Origin: Octopus sinensis
Taxonomy: Eukaryota
Direction: 5' to 3'
DNA length: 64,000 nt
Assembly (NCBI RefSeq): GCF_006345805.1
Contig: NC_043003.1
Coordinates: forward strand, 10,912,001-10,976,000
Below, piece after piece: positions 13,366 through 26,230 of this stretch. Below the pieces are notes generated by a model. The model worked only from the letters and a program-made list of their open reading frames with translations. It did no database searches and had not been told where the DNA came from. Within the stretch, counting starts at the first letter, position 1, and each line of letters begins with the position of its first letter. Both the position numbers and the translations under genes were made by a program.

Positions 13366-14020
13366 CCCTTAAACACTTAAAAGGGCCATATCCAGCCAAA
13401 ACATTCTACCTGTCTTATGCTCAACTGGCCAGATCTCACCTCTTACACTTGCCCAACAATATTCTTTTCTACTCTAGGCACAAGGCCCCAATTTTTTGGG
13501 GAAGGAGCCAGTCGATTAGATCAACTCCAGTACACAACTGGGACTTAAATTATCGACCCCAAAAAGATAAAGTCAACCTCAGCGGAATTTGAACTCAGAA
13601 TGTAAAGACAGATGAAATACCGCTTAGCATTTCGCCCAAGGAATTTAAAACAACGGGAATAAATAAGCATCACATTTGACAGAGTAACCTGAATACTGTT
13701 GTTAGTTCCTTCTCGAGCCATGCCTGGCTCATAAGGGCCGGTTTCCCAGTTTCATTGGAGTATAGGTTCCCCACCTGGATGGGATGCCGGTCCGTTGCAG
13801 GTGAGCTGCTAGATGCAGGAGGAAAGAGTGAGAGAAAGTTGTGGCGAAAGAGTCAGCAGAAGTTCACCATTACCTTCTGCCGCAGCCACATGGAGCTTAG
13901 TTGTTTCACTCATAAAAACACACATTGCCCAGTCTGAGATTCAAACCCGCAATCCCTTGACTGCGAGTCCGCTGCTCTAACCACTAGGCCATGTGCCTCC
14001 ACAACCTGAATACTAAAGGG
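13366..14020 (+). mobile_element. piggyBac-type MITE interrupted by two SINEs
   Basis: Homologous to 28906-29124; ends CTAAAGGG-TTAA; SINE C at ~13463-13640 and SINE D at 13698-14002 are nested inside. Confidence 0.65.
13698..14002 (-). mobile_element. tRNA-derived SINE, family D, 12-bp TSD
   Basis: TSD AACCTGAATACT at 13686-13697 and 14003-14014; A box TGGCCTAGTGG, B box GGTTTGAATC; (AAC)n tail. Confidence 0.85.
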
Positions 14021-15341
14021 TTAAAATTAATCATACATTATTTTGTGAATTTGAGTCTCTGATGAAATAATTGTTTGTTTTCAGAACGACATTGTAGGGT
14101 AGGTGCAATAGGCTGGATCTTTCCAGTTTGAACCTAAAACAGGTAGAATGTTTTGGTTTGAAATGGTTGGTTCAAATCCTAAAGAGTTAAGACACCTTTG
14201 TTTGTCTTTCAAGTAAAAAAAATAGAAGAAAGACATTAACACCAAAAGAATAACAAATACGGCTTACTCTCAGCCATTGTTGGCCGTTCGTTTTTTTGCT
14301 TCCATTATGCAAATTAGCCAAGGCCATTGATGTTCATTACTGCTCATATATTGGTCTTTGTTCAGATATGTGTGCGTGCATGTGTGTGTGTGTGAATGTC
14401 TGTATGTGTGTGTAAATGACAGAGAGAGTGTGTGTTTGTGTGTGTGTGGGTGTGTATGTGTGAGTGTGTATATGTATGTGTGTGTGAGTGAGAGAGAGAG
14501 AGAGAATGTGTTTGTGTGTGTGTGAGTGAGTGAGAGTGTGTGTGTTTGTGTGTATGAGTGAGAGAGAGAGAGTGTGTGTCTGTTTGTTGTGCGTGTGTGA
14601 GTAAGAGAGAGTGTGTGTGTGTGAGTCTGTGTGTATGTATGTGTGTGGGAGTGAGTGAGTGTGTGTGCTTGTGTGTGTGAGAGAGAGAGAGTGCATGTGT
14701 GTGAGTATGTGTGTATGTGTGTGAGAGAGTGTGTATGTATGTGTGAGTGCATGTGTGTGAATGTGTGTGTTTGAGTGTATGTGTGTGTGTGTTTGTGCAA
14801 GTATATATGTGTGTGTGTGTGTGCACATGTCTGTGTGTATGTGTGTAACTCATGGCAAAATATTGCTTTTATTGGAAACCGGTAAGTGTTGGCGACAGGG
14901 AGGGCATCCAGCCATAGTATGTTTCATCAGACCCATGCAGGCATGGTAAAGTAGACGTTAAAACCACCACCACCACCACCACTACACAACAACAACAACA
15001 ATGCCAACAATGATGATATATAATTGTGTATATGTGTGTGCGTGTATATATATGTCCAAATGTGTGTGTGTTTGTGTAGCGAATACACACACGCACAGTC
15101 AATAATACATTGAGGTTGTCATAAGCATGTTTGTTTCTTGCAATCTTTACAAGAAGCATTGCTGACGTCAATGTGAAGCTCTCCTGGAAAGAAGTCAATA
15201 AACTCTCGCCACTCTCCTTCACAATCACACTTTACCAGTTTCTTTGTAATAACAAGCAAACATTATCCAGACATTTTCAGTGCATTGTGAACACATACAC
15301 ACACACAAATACACAAATACATAGTCGTGTGTGAGTGTATT

Positions 15342-15372
<31 letters not shown>

Positions 15373-15780
15373 GTTCGCATATCTTACAAGAAGTTGTTGA
15401 CATATAGACACATGACTGCTTAAATATATATAGTGACACATCTACAGCTTTTAATTGCAAGCAAGATCTGCAGAACTGAGACACACTGCATATATGTACA
15501 CACACATATATATTGCACACACACACACACACACATGCACACACACACTCACATACATGTATGTATGTATGTATATATCAATAAACAGTAAATGCACAAA
15601 AATATGCACATATGCGCGTGTTGAAGGTATATACTCATATATATATATACACACACACACATATATATATACACACACACTCGTATGGAAGCATGGAAAA
15701 GTAGACATTAACACAATATAGTAATAAGGATAATAATGATGATGATGATGGTGATATATGTATGTGTGTGTATATAGATA

Positions 15781-15813
<33 letters not shown>

Positions 15814-15849
15814 TTCAGTTGTCTAAGTCGAAAGACGCCTGTTGCTATT

Positions 15850-16115
15850 ATTATTATTGTTTTTTGTATTTATATTCATGTAACATTGTCCATTTTTCTG
15901 TCCTTTTTTCATATACATTCGATCCTTTTTCCAAGAAATCTAATGCTTGTAGCTTAGGTTTTCCTTGGGGCTGGCCAGATCGGAACAATCTCAAGATTAA
16001 TCAGCCAAAATTGCGAGGATAGTCCGGTTCTTGACTGAAGATTAGAGGCTTCGAATGACCCGTCCGTATTTTTTGTATTGTCTATTTGAATGTTTTGCGT
16101 TCTTGTCCCATTTTG

Positions 16116-16118
<3 letters not shown>
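15850..16118. repeat. Unclassified interspersed repeat (inverted copies at 31020-31175 and 48950-49230)
   Basis: Shared TGGCCAGATC, AATCTCAAGATT, TTCTTGACTG and TTGTCCCA blocks. Confidence 0.6.
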
Positions 16119-16159
<41 letters not shown>

Positions 16160-16162
<3 letters not shown>

Positions 16163-16295
16163 AACAAATAAGTGGAAATTTTACCGGTGAGCGTGTTAAA
16201 TTATAAGGCACAAAAAGAAAATGACTCTCCCCAGACACAACAGAATATACTTCAACACACGAACTCACATAAAGAATCTTGCAAACCAAATCCCA
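16160..16295. repeat. Unclassified interspersed repeat (inverted copy at 38162-38290)
   Basis: GTGGAAATTTTACCGGTGAG...CTTGCAAACCAAATCCC is the reverse complement of 38162-38290; both copies adjoin (TA)n. Confidence 0.7.
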
Positions 16296-16300
16296 AAACA

Positions 16301-16335
<35 letters not shown>

Positions 16336-16379
16336 ATATATGGAAAGCAGACGTTAAATGTTGATGATATATATATATA

Positions 16380-16772
16380 GGTGCAGGAGTGGTTGTGTGG
16401 TAAGTAGCTTGCTTACCAAAAACATGGTTCTGGGTTCAGTCACACTGCATGGCACCTTAGGGAAGTGTCATCTATAGCCTCGTGCTGACCAAAGCCTAGT
16501 CAGTGGTTTTGTTGGAAACTGAAAGAAGCCTGTTGTATATATGTGTGTATATGTGCGTGTGTGTATGTGTGTGTGTTTCTGTGTTTGTTCTCTCCCCCAC
16601 CATCGCTTGACAACCGATGTTGGTGTGTTTACGTCCCCGTAACTTAGTAGTTGGGCAATAGACACCAATAGAATAAGTACAAAGAATAAATTCTGGGGTC
16701 AATTTGTTTGATTAAAAGCGGTGCTCCAACATGGCCACAGTCAAATGACTGAAACAAATAAAAGAATAAAAG
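16380..16772 (+). mobile_element. SINE family A
   Basis: Head GGTGCAGGAGTGG through tail CAAATGACTGAAAC. Confidence 0.85.
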
Positions 16773-17040
16773 AGCATACATATATATACATACATACACA
16801 CATGCATACACATAAATAGAAGTATATATGCATACATAAATTGAGACATACACACACACACACATGTATTGTACATAGATGCATGCACATACGCACATAT
16901 ATAAATATTAGCATACATGCATGCGTATATAGACAAACATGTATTTACACAAACCCCACACACCTATACGCATGAAATGACCATGAAATGTACACAGAAA
17001 TAGAAATTCACATGTCTCAAAGCATGCACATGTCTGTATA

Positions 17041-17072
<32 letters not shown>

Positions 17073-17110
17073 ACTTTTTATGTATGTATGTATGTATGTA
17101 TGTATGTATG

Positions 17111-17155
<45 letters not shown>

Positions 17156-17159
17156 TTTT

Positions 17160-20157
17160 TTTAGCGTCCGTTTTCCATGCTAGCATGGGTTGGACGGTTC
17201 TACTGGGGTCTGTGAAGCCAGAAGGCTTCATCAGGCCCAGTCAAATCTGGCAGTGTTTCTACGGCTGGATGCCCTTCCTAACGCCAACCACTCCGTGAGT
17301 GTAGTGGGTGCTTTTTACGTGCCACCCGCACTGGTGCCAGACAGAGCTGGCAAACGGCCACGAACGGATGGTGCTTTTTATGTGCCACCGGCACGAGGGC
17401 CAGGCGAGGCTGGCAACGGACACGAAACGGGGCGGTGCTGGCAACGGTCGCGAAAAGGGAAAGTTCTCTTACATGCCACCGGCACTGGTAACACATCTGC
17501 AATTTCCATTGATCGATTTCCATTGATCGATTTCGATTCTGATCCTCACTTGCCTCAATGGGTCTTCACAAGCAGAGTTTCGACATGCCACCGCACTGGT
17601 AGCACATCCGCAATTTCCATGATCGATTTCGATTCTGATCCTCACTTGCCTCAACACGTCTTCACAAGTAGAGTTTTGTGTCCCAAGAAGGGAAGGTATG
17701 CATACGTAGGCTGGCTCCATCCCATGTAGAAGGCCACGGGTTGTGGACTCACTTGTCCTGCGGGTCTTCTCGCGCACAGCACACTTCCAGAGGTCTCGGT
17801 CTCTAGTCATTTCCTCAGTGAGACCTAAAGTTCGAAGGTCGTGCTTCACCACCTCGTCCCAGGTTTTCCTGGGTCTGCCTCTTCCACAGGTTCCCTCAAC
17901 CGCTAGGGTGTGGCACTTTTTCACACAACTATCTTCATCCATTCTCGCCACATGACCATACCAGCGCAAACGTCTCTCTTGCACACCACAACTGATGCTT
18001 CTTAGGTCCAGCTTTTCTCTCAAGGTACTTACACTCTGCCGAGTGTGAGTGTGAGTACCGGCATATACACATCCATCGGAGCATACTGGCTTCATTTCTA
18101 GCGAGCTTACGCATATCCTCAGCAGTCACGGCCCATGTTTCACTGCCATGTAGCATGGCTGTTCGTACACACGCATCATACAGTCTGCCTTTCACTCTGT
18201 GCGAGAGGCCTTTTGTCACCAGCAGAGGTAAGAGCTCTCTGAACTTTGCCCAAGCTATTCTTACTCTAGCAGTTACACTTTCAGCACACCCGCCCCCGCT
18301 GCTGACTTGGTCACCTAGGTAACGGAAACTATCAACTATTTCTAGTTTTTCTCCCTGGAAAGTGACGGAAGTTGGTCTCAGAGCATTTTCAGTGTTTATT
18401 GTTCCTGAGCATCTGCCACATACAAAAACCATCTTCCTAGTTAGCCTTCCTTTGACATTGCTGCATCTCTTATGTGTCCATAGCTTACACTTGGTGCATC
18501 TTATAGAGTTTCTACTACACTTTTCTACAGATCGAGCAGGGCCATCTACCTGAAGGTGTTTGTGATTTGTCTACCTTCCTACTGATTACGACTTTGGTTT
18601 TAGCTAGATTGACCTGAGGCCCTTCGATTCTAATCCTTGTTTCCACACCTGAAACTTCTCCTCCAGTTCTGATAGCGACTCAGCAATTAGAGCAAGGTCA
18701 TCAGCATAGAGGAGCTCCCAAGGGCATCCTGTCTTGAATTCCTCCGTTATTGCCTGGAGGACTAAGATAAATAGGAGGGGGCTGAGTACTGAGCCTTGGT
18801 GGACCCCTACCTCTACCCGGAATTCTTCACTGTACTCATTTCCAACCTCACCCTACTAGCGGCGTCCCTATACATGGCCCGCACAGCTCTCACTAACCAT
18901 TCATCTATCCCTAGTTTTCTCATTGCCCACCAGATAAGGGATCGGGGGACCCTGTCGAAGGCTTTCTCCATGTCAACAAAAGCCAGGTACAGGGGCTTAT
19001 CTTTGGCTAGGTATTTCTCCTGCAGCTGCCTTACCAGGAATATAGCATCAGTAGTACTTTTCCCTGGCACAAACCCAAACTGCATCTCATCTAAACTAAC
19101 TCTCTCTCTAATTAGTTGGGCTATGACCCTCTCCGTAACCTCATCACCTGGTCCAACAGCTTGATACCTCTGTAGTTATTTGTATCTAGGGCATCACCTT
19201 TACCTTTGTAGCAGTTGACTATTATATACTGCTACACACAGTCATTGGGTATGACCCCTTTGTGTATCACCTGATTAACTATATGGGTGACTAGGCTATA
19301 GCCGACACTACCAGACATTTTGAGCATCTCTGCAGTGATTCCTGATGGGCCTGGGGCTTTCCCTGTCTTCATGCTTCTAATTGCCTTAGCTACCACAGAA
19401 CTATCAACTCGGATAGCTGGTCCCTCTGTTGGGTCAAATTCGGGGCAGACTCTCTTTATCCCATTCATTTTCTTCATTCAGCAACCTTTCATAGTGGCAT
19501 CTCCAAACCTCTCTCTTGCATCCTCATTTAGCGCAAGTGAACCATCTTCCATGCGAACACACTTCTCTCCTACCACATCACGATTCTCTCTCACACACTG
19601 TCTTGCAACACGAAACACCTCCAGTCTTTGGTCCTCACGGCGCAGAACATTGGCAAATTTTTTCTTATCTGCTTCCCCTCTGGCTAAATAAACCTGTCTC
19701 CTAGCTTCTCTTTTGGCAGTCTGATACAATTCCCTGCTACCCCATCTGCTTCCCCTCTGGCTAAATAAACCTGTCTCCTAGCTTCTCTTTTGGCAGTCTG
19801 ATACAATTCCCTGCTACCCCCATTTTTCCAGACCTTCCAAGCCTGTCTCTTTTCTCTAATAGCCCTGTCTACAATATTGTTCCACCACCACGTTATTCTA
19901 GGTCGAGAGGGGACTTTGCACCAGCCACAGATCTGGTCAGTGGCTCTCAGCAGGTTGTCCCTTAGAAACGTCCAGCTGTCTTCTACCCTGTGATGCTCTA
20001 TCCCCTTCTACTTCGTCAGAGGCTTCAAGTAATATGTCCCTAAATCTCTGTCCATTTGCAGGATCTTTAAGCTTCCAGATCCTTCTTCTCCATATTTGTC
20101 GTCTTCTGGTTGTCCTCCTAGTCCTGATCATAAAGTCACTAACTACCAGTCTATGTT
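17160..20157 (-). mobile_element. 5'-truncated RTE-clade LINE
   Basis: Frameshifted ORF2 with RT motifs QFGFVPGKSTTDAIF, FVDMEKAFD, GVHQGSVLSPLLF, LLYADDL, FRYLG and RTE C-terminus RLRWYGHV..RGRPRKTW; 3' UTR ~17160-17720; internal 77-bp duplication at 19667-19820. Confidence 0.95.
17725..20157 (-). pseudogene. RTE ORF2 (endonuclease remnant, RT, PHD finger, C-terminal domain), frameshifted
   Basis: Pieces in track ORFs 19937-20131, 19478-19729, 19232-19477, 18813-19085, 17935-18432 and 17469-18095 are colinear on the minus strand. Confidence 0.9.
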
Positions 20158-20213
20158 ACATATATATACATACAAATATATATATACATATATACACACA
20201 CACACATGATTAT

Positions 20214-20262
<49 letters not shown>

Positions 20263-20983
20263 TATCTATCGATCTATATATATTTATAATATATATATAT
20301 ATTTGTATGTATATATATATATATATATGCATGTGTGAGTATGTGTCTGTATGTGTGTGACTGTGTGTATGTGTATGAGAGAGTGTTTGTGAATGTGTGT
20401 GTGTGTATCTGTGTGTGCATGTTTATATATGTGTGTGTGAGTGTGTGCATGTGTGAGTGTGTGCATGTGTGTGTGTGTGTGTGTGAATACATGTGTGTGA
20501 GCATGTATGTGTAAGTGTATGACTGCCCCCCACCCCATATCCTCTCTCTTTTACATACACACCATACTTATTCCCATTTATATAGCTGTGTACTTGAAAA
20601 TGCACTCACACTCACACACACACACACACACACTCATACACACACATGCATACGCTAACCTTCTCTCGCCTGTATGGCTGCATGGTTAAAACTGCAATCG
20701 CACTTGCATATACACTCACTCGCATGTACACCCTGTTATTTTGTTGTTTTTTTTTTTCCTCATAGACACGTTCAGAGAAAAAATACAAAGACCCATTATA
20801 CACAAAATGCCTGTTGTCCTCTTAGCTACAAAATCTTTTATATCTATGTAGGACATTCACAAACGAACATCCATACATGCAAATATATATATGTATATAT
20901 ATATATATATTCATGTGTGTATATACACATGTGTATGTATATACATATGTGTATATGCATATATATATATATTACCTCATTTC

Positions 20984-21021
<38 letters not shown>

Positions 21022-21778
21022 AAATATATATATATATTGATATATATAATATATATATATTTATTTGTAAGTATGTGTATTACACATTTATAAATATATA
21101 TATATCTATTATATATATATATATGTATATATACACATATGTATAAAAAAAACAAAAAAAAGGATGCATATAAATATATATATGTGTGTGTGTATATATA
21201 TATATACATACATGTCTATATGTATGTATGTATGTATGTATAAAGTACTTTTGTGTGTGAGAGTGCAAGCATTTACTTCAAAGTAAAAGGTGTGTTAATC
21301 TTATGCATACATAAACATGTGTATGTGTGTGTGTGCGTGTGTGTGTGTGTATGTGTGTGTGTGTGTATGTGTGTGTGTATGTGTGTGTGTGTGTGTGTAT
21401 GTGTGTGTATCTGTGTGTGTGTGTGTGTGTATGTGTGTGTGTGTGTATGTGTGCATGTGTGTGTGTGTGTGGTGTATGTGTGTGTGTGTGTGTGTGCATA
21501 AGCTATTAGTGCAGACTTAAAAAGGTGTGTTTAGCATATTAAACACAATACCTGAACTCATGCACATACCATCATAAACATACCAGGTGTAATCACATGT
21601 AGCTGTATACACACATACACAAGCATGCACACAATTCAGATATGCATATATATACACATATATATAAACATATCTGTGTGTGTATGTGTGTGTATGTGTG
21701 TGTATGCTTGTATTTGTGTCTCTAATAACAAACAAATGGTAGAGAACCTGAGGCTTTGTAACAGACAGATTTCCGTAC

Positions 21779-21816
<38 letters not shown>

Positions 21817-21897
21817 TATATATACACACACACATACATACATGTGTGTGAGTATCTATCTATGTAGTGTGTGTATGTATGTATGTATGTATATATA

Positions 21898-22350
21898 GGT
21901 GCAGGAGTGGCTGTGTGGTAAGTAGCTTGCTTCCCAACCACATGGTTCCAGGTTCAGTCCCACTGCATGGCACCCTGGGCAAGTGTCTTCTACTATAGCC
22001 TCAAGCCAACCTAAGCCTTGTGAGCGATTTGGTAGACGGAAACTGAAAGAAGCCCGTTGTTATATATGTGTGTGCGTGTGTGTGTGCATGTGTGTGTGTG
22101 TGTGTGTGTGCATGTGTGTGTGTGTGTGTGTGTGCGTGTGTGTGTGTCTGTTTGTCTTCTCACCATCACTTGACAACTTATGCTGGTGTGTTTATGTCCT
22201 TGTAAAAGCAGTTCAGCAAAAAGTGACCGATGGAATAAGTACTAGGCTTACAAAGAATAAGTCCTGAGGGTTGATCTTTTCGACTAAAGGTGTTGCTCCA
22301 GCATGGCCTCAGTCAAATGACTGAAGGAAGCAAAAGTATAAAAGAATAAC
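21898..22350 (+). mobile_element. SINE family A
   Basis: Head, (TG)n and tail motifs. Confidence 0.85.
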
Positions 22351-22619
22351 AGAATATATATACATATATATATATATAAACGAGCATTCTTAGTACTTGT
22401 TATTACAGCTACAAAAGTATATATTGATATGCATACACCACACAAATTCAAACACTTACAAACACACAGACAACTATACACATGCACACACATGCATACA
22501 CACACATGTGAACAAACACACACTCATATCTCTGCATGCACATACACATAACTCATACATGTTGTATACATAACACATACAACTGAAACAGAGGTTCACA
22601 TACACACACACACATAAAC

Positions 22620-22875
22620 ACACATGAACGTGTACTCAAATTCGTGGGTATATACTCAAAAATCAATCAGAGAAATACACAACGTACTTATATACACACA
22701 CATAGACACACATGAATGTGTTCTCAAATTCGTGGGTATATACTCAAAAAGCAATCAGAGAAATACACAACATACTTATATACACACACATAGACACACA
22801 TGAATGTGTTCTCAAATTCGTGGGTATATACTCAAAAAGCAATCAGAGAAATACACAACGTACTTATATACACAT
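22620..22875. repeat. 88-bp tandem repeat x3
   Basis: CATGAAYGTG(T/A)TCTCAAATTCGTGGGTATATACTC-like unit starts at 22623, 22711 and 22799. Confidence 0.9.
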
Positions 22876-22910
22876 ACATAGGCTCGTACAAACACACATG
22901 GATACAAAAA

Positions 22911-23308
22911 TATCTTTGCTGGTATGTTAAACTGTCATATGTCCAAATTTTGCCAAATGTGTTTTTATCAATATTTAATTTTCCTTGCAATAGCCAGATC
23001 TTTTGGACAAACAATCATATCTCCAGCTGCTTCAGATGCCAAAATATCAAAAAATTGTCAAAGCGTAGTACAACGGTTTAGCATTTTTCAAAAGTGTAAT
23101 AAATCCCACACTCGACAGTCTTGCAAAAATATTTCTGATTGAAAATATCGTCCATGCACAGAGTTACGATTCTATGTGCGCAACAAAGTATTATTGTTAA
23201 GCGGAAACTGTTGCTAATGTAAAAAGAAATGGAACGTTGAAACTATTTTTTCGTTTTCTGAAAAGCAACGTTTTGGACTTACGACACTTTTGCATAATAG
23301 CAACGATA
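22911..23308. mobile_element. TIR element (MITE); internally deleted sibling at 24499-24750
   Basis: Ends TATCTTTGCT..TATG / CATAATAGCAACGATA; the two copies share ATCTCCAGCTGCTTCAGATGCCAA and CTGAAAAGCAACGTTTTGGACTTAC. Confidence 0.65.
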
Positions 23309-23367
23309 TATATATATCTATATATAATATATATATATATTATATATAATAGATATATATATATATA

Positions 23368-23404
23368 TCGCTGCTATTATGCAAAGTATATATATGTATA
23401 TATA

Positions 23405-23440
<36 letters not shown>

Positions 23441-23480
23441 TATATATATATATATTATATACTTTGCATAATAGCAGTGA
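23368..23480. mobile_element. Mini-MITE: ~22-bp TIRs around a pure microsatellite
   Basis: TCGCTGCTATTATGCAAAGTAT ... ATACTTTGCATAATAGCAGTGA (one mismatch); the TIR resembles that of 22911-23308. Confidence 0.6.
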
Positions 23481-23539
23481 TATATGTATATATATATATA
23501 TACATATATATTGCTGCTATTATGCAAAGTATATATACA

Positions 23540-24092
23540 AAACATCTTGAGGATTGAATCACCCCAGAAAGCACTCACTAAACGAATTGAAGGCATGACT
23601 GATCTCAATTATTGGGACTGCCTTAAAGCCTTGAAACTCTACTCTCTCCAGCGCTACATCATTTGTATGATGTGGAGAATATACCGCCAACTTTGCCCAA
23701 ACGACCTGAACATTAGTTTCAAGGTTAATCCAAGGCTGGGACCACAGGCCATATGCCCCTGCCCAATTCAGGATCACAGCATATAGGTACACTGCGACAT
23801 AATTTCTTTTCATCAACAGGTCCTGCCCTGTTTAACATTGTCCCGAAAGAGATCAAAGAGGAAAAAGATCCCATCACCTTTAAATGGAGTCTGGACAGAT
23901 TTCTTCAAGGAATACCAGATAAGCCACCCATACCTGGATACAACTCACTCAACAAGAACTCACTACTTGAATGGATCATAAACAAAACTTGACTTAAAAA
24001 GGATTTAGATAATCCTATCAGGTGGTGCTATTAAGTTAGACATAGCCTGGACCAAACAATTGGTTGAAACATATCTAAATTTATCTAAGTTT
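23540..24092 (+). mobile_element. 3' fragment of a CR1-group (L2/Crack/Daphne-like) LINE
   Basis: ESPQKALTKRIEGMTDLNYWDCLKALKLYSLQR...GPALFNIVP..FKWSLDRFL..IPDKP..PGY..NSLLEW; short tandem 3' tail ATCTAARTTT. Confidence 0.75.
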
Positions 24093-24117
24093 ATATATAT
24101 ATATATATATATATATT

Positions 24118-24207
24118 CAGGGTTGGCCAAAAGTCAATACAAAATTACAAATAGCATTTATGTTATGGAATTTTTATTTACTGTCTGGTGACTTTTGGCC
24201 AACCCTG
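24118..24207. mobile_element. 90-bp Tc1/mariner-like MITE
   Basis: Perfect 19-bp TIR CAGGGTTGGCCAAAAGTCA, inserted in (TA)n. Confidence 0.75.
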
Positions 24208-24208
24208 T

Positions 24209-24292
<84 letters not shown>

Positions 24293-24938
24293 GTTGTATG
24301 TATATATGTATATATATGCTTTTGGTTAACAAAGGAATGTGGGTTTCAATCCCATTGGATGGGAAAGCCTTCTTTTTTCTATCGAGGACTTATATGCCCC
24401 ATTATTAGACTATTTTCCTTAGTCATTGCATGGTGATCACCATAAGCTTTAAGCTTATATAAACACCATTATTATTATTTACAGGATATATATATATATA
24501 TCTTTGCTATTATGTTAAACTGTTGTATGTCCAAATTTGGCCAAATGCATTTTTTTCAGTATTTATTTTTGTTTGCAATAACTGGTTCTTTTGGTCAAAC
24601 TATCGTATCTCCAGCTGCTTCAGATGCCAAGATATCAAAAATTGTCAAAGAGTAGTACAATGATTTTGCTATGGAATGGTGAAACTATTTTTTCATCTTC
24701 TGAAAAAGCAACGTTTTGGACTTACAACACTTTTGCATAATACCAAGAATATGCATTGATATGTATGTGGCTGTGTGGTAAGAAGTTTGCTTTCCAACCA
24801 CATGTTTCCAGGTTTGGCCCCACTGTGTGGCACCTTGGGCAAGTGTGCAAGTGTCTTCAACTGTCGACAACCAAAGTCTTGTGAGTGGATTTGGTAGACA
24901 GAAACTGAAAGAAGCACATTGTAAATATATATGTATAT

Positions 24939-24977
<39 letters not shown>

Positions 24978-24984
24978 TAAATTG

Positions 24985-25170
24985 ATGCATTTAAATTGAT
25001 GTAATGGTTGCATTGTTCAATTAAATGAAGTTGCATGAAACGATCATACTGCATTACCTCTGGATATCCTGTTCTTATTTTGATTATAACCACCTTATTT
25101 TGAAATTGTATGGATAATACCATACTAAATTCTGGTGCCTCAACCTAAGTACCTAATTCAGCTGAATCTA
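24985..25170 (+). mobile_element. Penelope-like relic, same family as 51260-51722; hammerhead 5' half missing
   Basis: GTTGCATGAAACGATCATACTGCATTACCTCTGGATATCC...CTAAATTCTGGTGCCTCA is reverse-complementary to 51300-51440. Confidence 0.65.
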
Positions 25171-25181
25171 AATGTTTGCTA

Positions 25182-25418
25182 TCATCATCATCATCATTTA
25201 ACGTCTGTTTTCCGCGCTAGCACGGGTTGGACGGTTTCGACCGGGGTCTGGGGAGCTCGGGACTGCCCCAGGCTCCAGTCTAGTCGCAGTGTTTCTACAG
25301 CTGGATGCCCTTCCTAACGCCAACCACTCCGCGAGTGTAGTGGGTGTTTTTTTACGTGCCACCTGCACAGGTGCCAGAGGGGTCTGGCATCGGCCACGTT
25401 CGGATGGTGCTTTTTTAT
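25182..25418 (-). mobile_element. RTE 3' tail
   Basis: (CAT)n tail plus CTGGATGCCCTTCCTAACGCCAACC core. Confidence 0.8.
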
Positions 25419-25739
25419 GGGGGGGTGCGAAATATAGGGGAGCACCAGTGGGAGGGGGGTTCAGAGGACAGGTTCTAGGCAAGTAGAACGTAGGATATCG
25501 AGAGAGGGGTAATGCATGGTGAAATAGCGTATTGAAGAGGGGGGGGTTCAAAGAGTAGTAGACACCTATAATGGTGGTGGGGGGGTGCAGAAATATAGGG
25601 GAGCACCAGTGGGAGGGGTGGTTCAGAGGACAGGTTCTAGGCAAGTAGAACGTAGGATATCGAGAGAGGGGTAATGCATGTGTGAAATAGCGTATTGAAG
25701 AGGGGGGTTCAAAGAGTAGACACCTATAATGGTGGTGGG
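25419..25739. repeat. ~160-bp G-rich tandem duplication
   Basis: GAAATATAGGGGAGCACCAGTGGGAGGGG...GACACCTATAATGGTGGTGGG occurs twice, near-identical apart from small indels. Confidence 0.85.
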
Positions 25740-25968
25740 AGAAACGACATCCGGTATAGTTGGAGCAAAATAGAGATATCCGGTATTGGTGATGGGGGTG
25801 GGTAGGTGGGGGCGGGCGCGCTGCGAAGAATCGGCAGCCAATTTCTATCAGCCCTGTAAGGGAGATAGATCTAAATATCTATAACGATAACTAGTGAATT
25901 ATACAGAATATGCAAAAACGAGGCGAGGCTGAAATAGTAAACAGAGTGGCGACTAGGGGGATCAGAAT

Positions 25969-26011
<43 letters not shown>

Positions 26012-26076
26012 TAAAAACGGTAAGATAGCAAAAGAAAGAAAGAGACCTCAATATTATATAAATAGAGGAATTTATC

Positions 26077-26214
26077 TGTAAAATAATATGTGACAATTAT
26101 TCAATAACCAAGATAAAACTCTGAGTTTCAGATGCCAAGGTAGAAATCCACAATACCATCCGAAGCTCAGAGTTTTATCTTGGCTATTGAATAATTGTCA
26201 CATATTATTTTACA
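26077..26214. repeat. ~58-bp inverted repeat, Penelope-like junction
   Basis: Arms 26077-26134 and 26157-26214; flanked by (TA)n. Confidence 0.75.
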
Positions 26215-26230
26215 TATATATATATATATA

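Noticed and set aside
13930-14002. tRNA genes at SINE heads
   Set aside because: A/B boxes are present but run into SINE bodies with tails and TSDs; no convincing cloverleaf
16028-16065. CTGAAGA...GAAT hammerhead-like motif
   Set aside because: Homologous copies read CTGGGGA; no stem II
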